Virus record (IMG/VR): IMGVR_UViG_3300042878_001497
Location: 109,416-173,415 of that record
Source of the DNA: a virus
Length of the DNA stretch: 64,000 nt
Strand: one strand, 5' to 3'
How positions within the stretch are numbered: the stretch's first letter is position 1; every line of letters starts with the position of its first letter. Made by a program: the position numbers and the translations under genes. Below are positions 28,406 to 37,685 of the stretch, one piece after another. The notes under the pieces were generated by a model. It saw only the letters and a list, made by a program, of their open reading frames with translations. It did not search any database and was not told the DNA's origin.

Positions 28406-28941
28406 AACTAATACAAGCCCTTCTTACTGAGAGCACTTACTCTAAAATCAAAGATGCTTTTAAGAAAGCCGGAGTTACCTATGTAGGGGGAGGATCTCAT
28501 GGGGTTGTTTATAATGCACCCAATCCTGTGCCGGAATTCGGATACGAACCTAAAGAAGGCTACCTAGTAAAAATTACTCAGGATGACATCGAAATGCAGG
28601 CTATGCTCAAGGCTCAAGGTAAGAGCTTTAAATACCTGGCAAACGTTGGCAAGGCAGTGGAGATGGAAAAAGGAGGCTGGTACCAGGTTGAGAACTTAGA
28701 ACCACTACCGCAAGAATACTCTCAGGAAATTAAAAAGAACGTTCGTATATTAGATGAGTTCTTTATGGAAGGAGATAAGAGCATACTTTCAAATCTATCC
28801 CCGTACCTACAGAAGGTCTTTATCGGTGCAAGACAGGAAATGATTCAAGCCGGAGTCGACCCTGAAGATGTTGATATGTACGGAGATGATAACAACGTAA
28901 TGGCAACCGCCGACGGTCAGATAAAATTAATCGACTATTAA
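28402..28941 (+). CDS. minimal protein-kinase-like fold enzyme, putative head cargo
   Basis: VGGGSHGVVY Gly loop, LVKIT Lys, E helix, DMYGDDNNVM catalytic loop, KLIDY; N-terminus MKLIQALLTE. Confidence 0.75.
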   Translation: MKLIQALLTESTYSKIKDAFKKAGVTYVGGGSHGVVYNAPNPVPEFGYEPKEGYLVKITQDDIEMQAMLKAQGKSFKYLANVGKAVEMEKGGWYQVENLEPLPQEYSQEIKKNVRILDEFFMEGDKSILSNLSPYLQKVFIGARQEMIQAGVDPEDVDMYGDDNNVMATADGQIKLIDY

Positions 28942-28973
28942 GTTGGTTCGGAACGGTTTCGTTCTTATATTAA
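28942..28973 (+). promoter_or_regulatory. early-type promoter for primase/exonuclease
   Basis: GTTG-N20-TATATTAA. Confidence 0.7.
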
Positions 28974-28998
28974 GGTTATAACTAGTTAATACCTCCTA

Positions 28999-29922
28999 AT
29001 GGAGAACCCTGTTTTATTAAACGCAGTTGAAAACGTACTCGGAAAGTCTCATAAGAGAGCTCGGGATAACTATGCTTTTAGCTGTCCGTTTTGTAATCAT
29101 CGCAAACCTAAGCTAGAGGTTAAACTCTCGACCAACGAGAAGGGGGAAAATCCATGGGAGTGCTGGGTGTGCAATACCCGAGGTCGTACCATTAAATCGC
29201 TTCTAAGACAGATGAAGCTTTCAAGAGAGGAAGCTAATGAAGTGCTTAAGTACGTTAGAAAAGGAGAGACAGCTGACTACGAGGTAACGTTTGTAGAACT
29301 TCCTAAAGAATTTCAAGCACTAGCTACTGCCTCTCAGACCTCAGTAATTGCAAATAAGATCAGAAACTACCTCTACAGGAGAGGTTTGACAGAGAACGAT
29401 TTTATTAAGTATAACATAGGCTACTGCACAACAGGAGAATATGCCGGTAGAATTATCGTACCTTCATACGATGATAATAATCAGCTAAACTTCTTTGTTG
29501 GTAGAACATTTGAAAATAGTTATTTTAAATATAAGAATCCTTCTGCATCCAAGGATATAGTAGGGTTTGAAAATATGATTAACTGGGACCAGCCCGTCAT
29601 CTTGGTTGAAGGAGTCTTCGATGCCATGGCTGTTAAACGTAATGCCGTTCCAATCTTAGGTAAATCTTTATCTAAGAGTTTATTAATGAAATTAGTGTCT
29701 AACAAGGTTCAAGACATTTATATAGCGTTGGATAAAGATGCTTTAAAAAGTGCGCTACGATACTCTGAGCAATTCCTTGCTATGGGTAAAAGAGTGTTCC
29801 TTGTTGACATGGTCGATAAAGATCCTTCCGAAATGGGTTTTACTAATTTCACCCACCATATCCAACAATCCCAGGAGCTAACCTTCAGCGACCTCCTAAG
29901 ATACAAATTAGCATTCGTATGA
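28999..29922 (+). CDS. DNA primase (Zn finger + TOPRIM)
   Basis: CPFC...ECWVC zinc finger; KYKNP; LVEGVFDA; ALDKDA; DKDPSE. Confidence 0.9.
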   Translation: MENPVLLNAVENVLGKSHKRARDNYAFSCPFCNHRKPKLEVKLSTNEKGENPWECWVCNTRGRTIKSLLRQMKLSREEANEVLKYVRKGETADYEVTFVELPKEFQALATASQTSVIANKIRNYLYRRGLTENDFIKYNIGYCTTGEYAGRIIVPSYDDNNQLNFFVGRTFENSYFKYKNPSASKDIVGFENMINWDQPVILVEGVFDAMAVKRNAVPILGKSLSKSLLMKLVSNKVQDIYIALDKDALKSALRYSEQFLAMGKRVFLVDMVDKDPSEMGFTNFTHHIQQSQELTFSDLLRYKLAFV

Positions 29923-30701
29923 TTTATCCAGGTTCCAATTTTCTTTTAGAGCATAAGCAAAAACGCATTAAGTTCGACGGAGAGCTAAAGCAGATCACTT
30001 TACCGGACCGCCGGGTTTATAAAAGAAGCGAAGGCCTTTATTACCCCTCCGTTACTACGATCCTGCAGTACATGCCTAAGAATAAGTTCTTTGAGCAGTG
30101 GATTAAGGACGTAGGTCATAACGCCGATCTCATTATGAGAAGGGCAGGTGAAGAGGGGACGGCAGTCCACAACGCAGCCGAAGAGCTGATCAAAGGCGGG
30201 GAAGTCCAATGGATGGATGACTACGGCAAGGCTAAGTACTCGCTGCTGGTATGGCAGATGATCAATAAGTTCGTTGAAGCTTGGAAGGCTATGGCTCCTG
30301 AAGTCATCGCTACAGAAGAGTTTACCTTCTCGGACGTCCATAAGTACGCCGGTACTGCTGACATCATCGCTAAGATCGGTGATGAGGTTTGGCTGTTAGA
30401 TATCAAGACCTCTAACTCTTTGCATAAGTCTCACGAGTTACAGCTGTCGGCCTATGCCAAGGCCTGGGAGGAGATGTACGGTCAGAAAATCGACCGGACA
30501 GGTATCATCTGGCTAAAATCAACCAAGAGAACTACCTCTAGCAAAGACGGAGCATTCCAAGGTAAGGGCTGGGAGCTTAAAGTAGTTGATAACATCGATG
30601 AAAACTTCGAACTGTTTCAACTCATTTACAAATTATACCTTTTAGAGCATCCTGCTGACGAACCATCCTTTCAGACATATCCTCTATCGGTAAAGTTGTA
30701 A
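29919..30701 (+). CDS. PD-(D/E)xK (Cas4/RecB-like) exonuclease
   Basis: YPSVTTIL, GTAVH, YAGTADII, LLDIKTS, QLSAYA. Confidence 0.88.
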   Translation: MIYPGSNFLLEHKQKRIKFDGELKQITLPDRRVYKRSEGLYYPSVTTILQYMPKNKFFEQWIKDVGHNADLIMRRAGEEGTAVHNAAEELIKGGEVQWMDDYGKAKYSLLVWQMINKFVEAWKAMAPEVIATEEFTFSDVHKYAGTADIIAKIGDEVWLLDIKTSNSLHKSHELQLSAYAKAWEEMYGQKIDRTGIIWLKSTKRTTSSKDGAFQGKGWELKVVDNIDENFELFQLIYKLYLLEHPADEPSFQTYPLSVKL

Positions 30702-30726
30702 GCTATTTATAAAGAGCCTATCTTTA
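30695..30726 (+). promoter_or_regulatory. nested early + late promoter
   Basis: GTTG(30695)-N20-TATCTTTA(30719) with CTATTTATA (30703-30711) inside the spacer. Confidence 0.7.
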
Positions 30727-30745
30727 GGGTGATAAATAGCACAAA

Positions 30746-31657
30746 ATGGGAGGAAACGTATTCGGAACCACAGACAAGATTAAGAGGGAGGACATCAAGC
30801 CTACCCTCTTAAACTTTTTAAAAGAATTCAAGAGATTATTTCCTCAAGCAGAACCTCACTTCCGTCAAATGCAGACCCTAGGATCTGTAGGTAAGAAGGA
30901 GGTTTCTGGAGATATCGATTTAGCGATTTCCGATAAAAGCTTTGATAAGATTCAGGACTGGGGTCTAGATCAGCAGCACGTCCAGGAGCTTTTCGAACTC
31001 TTCAAAAAGAGATCAAGAACAGCCTCGGAAGAGCAGCTTATGAAAAGAGCTGTGATTGTTGCTATTGCTGAAAAGATCCAAGATGCTGATACCGACCTTG
31101 CTGTCGACGTAAAAGGTTCAGCTTCGGGTGCATTATTCCTGCAAGCTCCTCAATACAACGAAGCAGGAGAGCAGCTAGATAGCAACGTTCAAATCGATAT
31201 AAATGTCGGGGATGTTGACTGGCTTAAATTTGCTTACTACTCTAGCGTTTATTCTGGAAATGTGAAAGGATTGCACCGTACCCAGTTACTGGTTGCCCTA
31301 TTTGCAAATAAAGGATATATCTTCTCTCACAACTACGGAGTTAAGAATAGAGACACCCAGGAAATAGAAGCTAAATCTCCAACTGAAGCTATCGAGCTTT
31401 TAAACAAGCTCTACAAAGCAGACTTTACTTCCGAGATTCTAGAGAACTACTTCAGTGTTATGGAGGCTCTCAAAAACAATCTAAGTGAGCAGGATCTAAA
31501 TAAGGTCTACGATATCTACCTCAAGATTCTTGACAGCACTAGAGCCGACATTCCGGAAGATTTACAGGACTACTGGATTGCAAATCAGGAGAGACTGCAG
31601 CTCAAAGGTAAGTTCCTTCCAGACGATTCTAATTTAGTAAAATATAAAGTACAATGA
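30746..31657 (+). CDS. Pol-beta-superfamily nucleotidyltransferase
   Basis: LGSVGKKEVSGDIDLAI (GS...DxD) and a third Asp in VQIDI. Confidence 0.8.
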   Translation: MGGNVFGTTDKIKREDIKPTLLNFLKEFKRLFPQAEPHFRQMQTLGSVGKKEVSGDIDLAISDKSFDKIQDWGLDQQHVQELFELFKKRSRTASEEQLMKRAVIVAIAEKIQDADTDLAVDVKGSASGALFLQAPQYNEAGEQLDSNVQIDINVGDVDWLKFAYYSSVYSGNVKGLHRTQLLVALFANKGYIFSHNYGVKNRDTQEIEAKSPTEAIELLNKLYKADFTSEILENYFSVMEALKNNLSEQDLNKVYDIYLKILDSTRADIPEDLQDYWIANQERLQLKGKFLPDDSNLVKYKVQ

Positions 31658-34509
31658 GCGGTGTAGCCGGAGGAAATAGAATTAAAAAGCAAGACGTCCA
31701 AGATACGTTTAATGATTTTGAGAATAAAGTTCTCAAGAAAATCCCTGGTTACAAAGCTGCAAGTCTATCTGGAAGCGTTAAAGCTGGCACTAAAGCCGAC
31801 TTCGGAGACTTAGACGTTATTAGTACCTTTGAATACGGTGATAAGAAGCTTGCCAAGCAAGCAATCATCGACACGGTATCTAAGATGCCAGACTCTCTAA
31901 TTATGCCCTTCCAAAGCGATCGGTATAAAGGTAAGAAATTTTATAACTCCGGAGAGATTATCTCGGTACTCTACCCAATCAAAGGAGCACCGGGCGAAAC
32001 TATTCAAGTTGATGTTATGGTTTCTCTTTCTGAAACCGAACACCAGTTTAAGAACTCGTTTTTAGACCTACCTGCCGAAGTGCAGGGTCTAATCTTAGGA
32101 CTAGTTAAGACTGCATTAGTAGAGCAGAAGCCGGCCGAAGTATTCGCCCGTATGGGAATTAAAAATCTACCCCCCTTAGAAGCAAATCAGGAATACGAAT
32201 TTAACCTTTCTAGCGTAAATCTAACTCTCAGAAAAGTAACCCTAGACAACTTTAAAGAAGTAGCTAGAGAGGAAATCTGGAAATCAAATAACTGGTCTGA
32301 CGTACAGAACCTATTAAAGGATTTTGATCTTAATCAGCCCTTTGAAAAGCTTTTAGACCAGATAACAAGATCGCTTACCAATCCTAGAAGTAAGAACCGC
32401 GTAGCAGGAATCTTCCGCTCGATGGTATCGGTTAAATCCGGTGAAGTAGGTACTCCTAAAGGAGATAATAAAGAGAAGGCTTTGTCACAAGTTGCTCAAA
32501 CTCTAACAGAAGGAGAAGAAAGCACCATCGGACTTTACGGAGGTGGATTCAAACCCCCTCACCGCGGTCACTTCCACATCGCTAAAGAGCTAGCCAAGGA
32601 CGTAGATTCAATTAAGATCTACATCGGTGGTACAATCAGAAAAGGAGAAATAATTACAGCTCAGCAGTCAAAAGATATCTGGGGGATCTATGCCAAGTAT
32701 TTAGGTGTGCCCACTGAAATTGAAATAGCACCGGTCACCCCTATCCTTTCAATCTACCAGGAAATCGAAGCTAACAAAAAACAAGACTACTTAGTAGGTT
32801 CCTCTACTGACCCGGCAGATCTAGCTAAGTTTAAAGCTCTACAGCTCAATAAGGATAATCTCTACGATAGAGCAAAATTAAAAATTGTGTCAACGATCAA
32901 CGAAGAAAAGCTATCTGCTACTACAATTAGAACAGATATGGACTACCTAAAAGCAGGTCAATGGATGCCTGAAGAACTTTCAGCAGACGATAAAAAAACA
33001 GTACTAGGAATCCTAAAAGCAACCCCAGAGTACAAAATGGCAGAAGCCATCGACGATGTATTCAACAGCTTCCTAGGAGAAGGTACAAAAGAAAAAGCAG
33101 AAAAGAAAGAAGAAGAAACTTCTGAAGTAACCATGGGAACTCCCATGGCACCGATTGCCGTAGTACCTTCTGAGATTCGTCAGAAAATGCAAAACCTTAC
33201 CGCATACTTCCAGAAGCTTGCCCCGGACGATGTGATCGTAGACTTTAACGGTCAATCGATCGTTATTACCCCGATGTACTACAACAAAGCTCTACCGATG
33301 GGACCAGCTGACTACACTCCCGAGCAGAAACCTATCGACGAATACCAGGATACTGCAGCAGCTATCAACTACGTACCTTATATCGCTGGTATTCTAGAGC
33401 ATATGATTAAGAAGGGTATGACGGTATTACCGCTGCCGGAGATCAAAACTAGAGAAGATGAAGAAAACGCTGCTAACGTTTTTGGTAGGACTGCTTACTA
33501 CGATCCTACTAAGAAAGAAGTCGTGCTGTATGTAACAGGACGTCACCCTAAAGATGTACTGCGTTCATTCTGCCATGAGATGATTCATCACATGCAGAAC
33601 CTAGAAGATCGTCTACCAGCTTTTACTACTACCAACACCCAGGAAGATTCTACATTAAATGATATTGAAAAGGAAGCTCATTTCCTTGGTAGCATGCTCA
33701 TGAGAGAGTACGAAGATTCGATTAAGAAGGAAGATAGCCTGGAAGAAGGTACCAAATACCGTTCAATCGTTGCTGACGTTAGAAGAGCTGTTAACGATGC
33801 TCTTAATGTCTTAATTAGTGGTAAAAAGCTAAAAGGATATAACGTTAAGACCAAAAGAGAGCCTACTAAAAAGGATTTAGAGTTTGCTGAAAAATACGGA
33901 ATGTCTCCTTTAGGAGCTATGCTTTACAACGAATATCAATCAGCATACCTGGGAGAGTTTACAAGCAAAAGCGAGAAAGGAACTAAGACAGAAGACGGCA
34001 AGCCGGTAAATGTAGGGGTAAGTTTAAAATTTGCTCAAACCGACCAAGTAGCACCGGGCAAATTCCACATCGACGGTGAAGCCGGTTCCGATGAAGGAGA
34101 AATCGATATCATACTAGCTTTTAATCCGGCTGACGGGACTAATATGCTTCAACAAATCCAACCAATCTTAACCGATCTTATTCGTCACGAAACCGAACAC
34201 CTAACCCAATCCGGGGTAGAAGTTCGCCCGGATAAGTGGATGAGAAAGGACGAAGCTAGAAGAAGAGCTATTCGTCAGAACCCGGAGATATGGTACAAGT
34301 ATTACATGCTTCCTAAAGAAGTAGATGCTAACATCCAGGGCTTGCATACAAAGTCAAAGTACGAGAAGAAAGACTTCCAGTCAACCGTTGACCAGTACCT
34401 AGAAGACCTAGTACAGGGTGAAATTATAACAGTTGCAAATAAGCAAAAAATTTACGATCTTTGGAAGAGCAGAATTCCCCAAATCGGAGGTATTCCAAAC
34501 TTAAAATAA
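31654..34509 (+). CDS. multidomain protein: Pol-beta NTase + HxGH (cytidylyltransferase/NMNAT-like) + two HExxH zincin-like domains
   Basis: SGSVKAGTKADFGDLDVI and IQVDV; GLYGGGFKPPHRGH and LSATTIR; CHEMIHHMQ..EKEA; RHETEHLTQ..YY..PKEVDA. Confidence 0.8.
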   Translation: MSGVAGGNRIKKQDVQDTFNDFENKVLKKIPGYKAASLSGSVKAGTKADFGDLDVISTFEYGDKKLAKQAIIDTVSKMPDSLIMPFQSDRYKGKKFYNSGEIISVLYPIKGAPGETIQVDVMVSLSETEHQFKNSFLDLPAEVQGLILGLVKTALVEQKPAEVFARMGIKNLPPLEANQEYEFNLSSVNLTLRKVTLDNFKEVAREEIWKSNNWSDVQNLLKDFDLNQPFEKLLDQITRSLTNPRSKNRVAGIFRSMVSVKSGEVGTPKGDNKEKALSQVAQTLTEGEESTIGLYGGGFKPPHRGHFHIAKELAKDVDSIKIYIGGTIRKGEIITAQQSKDIWGIYAKYLGVPTEIEIAPVTPILSIYQEIEANKKQDYLVGSSTDPADLAKFKALQLNKDNLYDRAKLKIVSTINEEKLSATTIRTDMDYLKAGQWMPEELSADDKKTVLGILKATPEYKMAEAIDDVFNSFLGEGTKEKAEKKEEETSEVTMGTPMAPIAVVPSEIRQKMQNLTAYFQKLAPDDVIVDFNGQSIVITPMYYNKALPMGPADYTPEQKPIDEYQDTAAAINYVPYIAGILEHMIKKGMTVLPLPEIKTREDEENAANVFGRTAYYDPTKKEVVLYVTGRHPKDVLRSFCHEMIHHMQNLEDRLPAFTTTNTQEDSTLNDIEKEAHFLGSMLMREYEDSIKKEDSLEEGTKYRSIVADVRRAVNDALNVLISGKKLKGYNVKTKREPTKKDLEFAEKYGMSPLGAMLYNEYQSAYLGEFTSKSEKGTKTEDGKPVNVGVSLKFAQTDQVAPGKFHIDGEAGSDEGEIDIILAFNPADGTNMLQQIQPILTDLIRHETEHLTQSGVEVRPDKWMRKDEARRRAIRQNPEIWYKYYMLPKEVDANIQGLHTKSKYEKKDFQSTVDQYLEDLVQGEIITVANKQKIYDLWKSRIPQIGGIPNLK

Positions 34510-34510
34510 A

Positions 34511-35071
34511 ATGGGCAAGTTAGCTGACTTACTACTTACTGAAGAGGAGCAAAATCCAAAACCAAAAGGCAAACTATTCTGTGATATGGATGGCGTGCTT
34601 ACGGATTTTGTAGGCCGCTTTGACCATTACTTCGGTATGCATCCAAACGAGTACAAGGAGAAAAAAGGTGACGGAGGCTTCTGGAGCGTCATTGCACCTA
34701 TCGGTCAGATCTTTTGGGAAGGAATGGAATGGACCCCGCACGGCCTACAGCTATGGGAACACATTAGAGATTTTAACCCAACTCTCTTAACTGCCCCCTC
34801 TGAAGAACAGTCTTCAAGAGACGGTAAGGTAGAATGGGCAAATAGGGAATTAGAACCTATTCCTCCGATCATCTTCCGTCCGGCTAAAGAAAAGCATCTA
34901 GAGTGTACAGGACCCGATGATATCCTAATCGACGATAGGGAAGATACCATTCAGAGATGGATAGATGCAGGAGGTGTAGGAATCTACCATCCAGAAAACG
35001 GAGACCCATCCAACGTTATTATAAGATTAGAAAAGTTAGGTTATGTCAAGCCATCTGAAGAAAGAATTTGA
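34511..35071 (+). CDS. HAD-family 5'(3')-deoxyribonucleotidase-like
   Basis: LFCDMDGVLTDF, LLTAP, GKVEW, ILIDDR...W...GGVGI; N-terminus MGKLADLLLTE. Confidence 0.88.
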   Translation: MGKLADLLLTEEEQNPKPKGKLFCDMDGVLTDFVGRFDHYFGMHPNEYKEKKGDGGFWSVIAPIGQIFWEGMEWTPHGLQLWEHIRDFNPTLLTAPSEEQSSRDGKVEWANRELEPIPPIIFRPAKEKHLECTGPDDILIDDREDTIQRWIDAGGVGIYHPENGDPSNVIIRLEKLGYVKPSEERI

Positions 35072-35615
35072 TGAAAGGGCTGTAAATCGGGCCCGAAACA
35101 TTATTTCTAAAAACTTTACATCCCGTACCATGGTTGGTTCCGGGTACGAGAAAGCGAAAGAAAAGCATAGCGAAGGTGACGTCTGGGAAGAAGATGGTAG
35201 AGCATGGACCATTAAAAACGGTCTTAAACAAAATGTTACCAAGTTAGATGCTGCTAAAAAGCTAACTCAAATACCGTTAACTTGTCCTTCCTGCGGTGGT
35301 TCAATGAATCATCACCTAGCCAAGAAGATGTACAAAATCCATGGCTTCTGCTTTGACTGTACCGTTGATATGGAAGCCGGTCTACGTAGAGCCGGCCTCT
35401 ACAAGGAGTATGAAAAGCAGATGATGCAGGGCAACATGCAGGCCTGGGCACAAGGACTTGAGCAATGGGTTCAAGAGCAGATTAACGAATCTATGACTTT
35501 TGTAACCGAAGACGGAACGATAGAAGATTGGAATAATAATTCTGCCAAGCAGAAAGCCGAAATTACGAAGAACGTCAACGAGTACCTACAGCACCTTAAG
35601 AAGCACCTGGAGTAA
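35043..35615 (+). CDS. Zn-finger hypothetical protein
   Basis: CPSC...CFDC; EGDVWEEDGRAWTIKNG. Confidence 0.65.
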   Translation: MSSHLKKEFDERAVNRARNIISKNFTSRTMVGSGYEKAKEKHSEGDVWEEDGRAWTIKNGLKQNVTKLDAAKKLTQIPLTCPSCGGSMNHHLAKKMYKIHGFCFDCTVDMEAGLRRAGLYKEYEKQMMQGNMQAWAQGLEQWVQEQINESMTFVTEDGTIEDWNNNSAKQKAEITKNVNEYLQHLKKHLE

Positions 35616-35635
35616 CTATTTATAAAGAAACTCCA

Positions 35636-36565
35636 ATGCTTTTAACTGAGTCAAAAGTTACTGCGGTATTAACAGAAGGTCTTCGCTACCATTTGCAGAC
35701 CGGTACTCCCTTATACGAGAACATCTACCGTCCAGGATCAGAACAATACTTTACTACCATCCGTCAGGCACGTCTTCTTATGAATGAAGGTCTACTACGG
35801 TGCCTCTGCCTAGAAGATATGGAACTTCTATTTGAAACCGAGGTAGGAGAGTACGCAGAGTTTGAAGGCAAGCAAGTACCTTTAGATTTCCCAATGATTG
35901 GAGAAATTAGCTTTATAATTCCGGATGCAGAAGCAACCTGGCAGCAAGCCTCTACCAATCCTCAGATCCAGAAGATGGGTGAGGAGCAGTGGAAGAAGCT
36001 TTCCGACATCTCAAAAGCAGCCGGAGGATTTGGATATACAGCCAAATACACAGACATCGATCCAGTGATGGCTGATCTATCAGGAGAAGAAACAGTTACT
36101 TTTTCAGACGACGATCAAATCCAGATGCCAGTAGTGCTTAAGTACCAGGAAGCCGGTCAAGTAAAATACGAAATCGTAGTAGGAGAAGATATCCTACATA
36201 GCCTCATTTCTTCAGGCAAGGATACAGACCCGGACATCTGGGTAGTTGATATCACAAGCGAGGCTCTAGCAGAGGCTAAGTACCGTGGATCAGAAGTAGC
36301 TCTAAACAAACCCAAAAGAGGAGGACCTAAGAAATTCTACGTTTATACTCGTAACCCTAAGACAGGAAAGATCATCAAAGTCAACTTCGGAGGTACTACA
36401 GGACTGACTGCCAAGATCAACAATCCTGAAGCACGCCGGAACTTCGCCAGCCGTCATAACTGCGCTACTAAAAACGACAAAACCAAGCCCGGGTACTGGT
36501 CTTGCAGACTACCAAGGTACGCCAAGCTTATCGGACTCAAATCAAGCTTTGGAGGATTCTGGTGA
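35636..36565 (+). CDS. modular late protein with basic C-terminal Cys/His domain (DUF6321-like)
   Basis: MLLTE...; after ALAE comes KPKRGGPKKFYVY...NPEARRNFASRHNC...PGYWSC. Confidence 0.6.
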   Translation: MLLTESKVTAVLTEGLRYHLQTGTPLYENIYRPGSEQYFTTIRQARLLMNEGLLRCLCLEDMELLFETEVGEYAEFEGKQVPLDFPMIGEISFIIPDAEATWQQASTNPQIQKMGEEQWKKLSDISKAAGGFGYTAKYTDIDPVMADLSGEETVTFSDDDQIQMPVVLKYQEAGQVKYEIVVGEDILHSLISSGKDTDPDIWVVDITSEALAEAKYRGSEVALNKPKRGGPKKFYVYTRNPKTGKIIKVNFGGTTGLTAKINNPEARRNFASRHNCATKNDKTKPGYWSCRLPRYAKLIGLKSSFGGFW

Positions 36566-36866
36566 TCGTCCGTACATCGATCTAGAAAGCGGAATCGATG
36601 AGAATGGCGAACATTACGTCATTCGAAAGTTTGATAGCGATATCGATATTCAAGAGCTGTACTGGCATAGAGACGATGAGGATCGCGAGATTCATATACT
36701 GGAATGCGGTTATGAATGGCACATACAATTTGACGATCAACTCCCGATCCTGCTCTGGCCGGGAGATAAGCTATTTATACAAAGGCACGATTGGCATCGT
36801 GTCATTAAAGGTTCCGGTCATTTACTTATAAAAATTTTTAAACATGGCAAAGAAAAAGCAAACTGA
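36549..36866 (+). CDS. small cupin-fold protein
   Basis: LYWHRDDEDREI...FIQRHDWHRVIKG; start codon uncertain. Confidence 0.7.
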   Translation: MEDSGDRPYIDLESGIDENGEHYVIRKFDSDIDIQELYWHRDDEDREIHILECGYEWHIQFDDQLPILLWPGDKLFIQRHDWHRVIKGSGHLLIKIFKHGKEKAN

Positions 36867-37143
36867 TAACGAGATTATCGACGAAGTAGTAGCTGAAGTA
36901 ACTCCAGAAGAGACTCTGGTAGTTGAAGAAGTAGCAGTAGTTGAAGAGCCAGTAGTTATCGAAGCACCAGTAGCAACCCCTGCTCCTAAAGCAGAGAAGA
37001 AAGCTGAGACATTAGCTCCAGGAGAATACTACCAGGGAAAAAAGATTGAGAAATACGTCTCTAACCTAGGAAAGAAGGCCGTTGCAATCATCGACGGAAA
37101 AAGAGTTAAAGTCCTTAAAGCAGACGTAGTCAAAGTCAAGTAA
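36844..37143 (+). CDS. hypothetical protein
   Basis: Acidic Val/Glu-rich N-terminus, basic C-terminus; late motif at 36772. Confidence 0.6.
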   Translation: MAKKKQTDNEIIDEVVAEVTPEETLVVEEVAVVEEPVVIEAPVATPAPKAEKKAETLAPGEYYQGKKIEKYVSNLGKKAVAIIDGKRVKVLKADVVKVK

Positions 37144-37286
37144 TGGCTAAGATCAAGTCTCAAGCGGTCTCAACATTCCAGGACAGGCCGAAGGTCAGCA
37201 GACCGGGGGTACATTCTAAGACTAAGACTTCAGTTCTAAAAACTAGCAAGAACTACACCAAGAAGTACCGTGGCCAAGGTAAGTAA
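37143..37286 (+). CDS. 47-aa basic peptide ending KKYRGQGK (not in ORF track)
   Basis: TAATG overlap; MAKIKSQAVSTFQDRPKVSRPGVHSKTKTSVLKTSKNYTKKYRGQGK. Confidence 0.7.
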   Translation: MAKIKSQAVSTFQDRPKVSRPGVHSKTKTSVLKTSKNYTKKYRGQGK

Positions 37287-37293
37287 ATCTGCT

Positions 37294-37467
37294 ATGCACG
37301 CTTTTATGCGAGAGCTACTCCTAGAGGTAATCAAGGAGAAGCCCGGACTATGGGCTAATATCCGTGCACAAAAAGCTAGAGGAGAGAAACCTTCTCACCC
37401 AAACAGTAAAGCTTTCAAAGATGCTGTTAAGGCTGGAAGAGAGATTCTTAAAAAAGAAAAGAAATGA
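37294..37467 (+). CDS. small basic protein, putative head cargo
   Basis: MHAFMRELLLEVIKE then KPGLWANIRAQK; start revised to 37294. Confidence 0.6.
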   Translation: MHAFMRELLLEVIKEKPGLWANIRAQKARGEKPSHPNSKAFKDAVKAGREILKKEKK

Positions 37468-37685
37468 AACTAATAGACCTCCTCTTAGAAGAGAACAACC
37501 CGGAAGATAAAGTTACTTTTGATATTCCCTTATTCATCAGACTTCTAGAGTACGCCAGAGAAGACGCCCAGGCAGACGTAGATCTACACTTTATGGCCGA
37601 TAACGCTATCAGACTCTCTGTAGAGGGTGAAACTCTAACAATGGATCATTACGATCAAATCGTTAAGCAAGATGAAGCTAAGTAA
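37464..37685 (+). CDS. small protein, putative head cargo
   Basis: MKLIDLLLEE; DIPLFIRLLEYAREDA. Confidence 0.6.
   Translation: MKLIDLLLEENNPEDKVTFDIPLFIRLLEYAREDAQADVDLHFMADNAIRLSVEGETLTMDHYDQIVKQDEAK

Noticed and set aside
29919-30701. Cas4 as part of a CRISPR-Cas system
   Set aside because: It is a solo PD-(D/E)xK exonuclease coupled to primase, lacks the Cas4 Fe-S Cys cluster, and has no array or other cas genes nearby.
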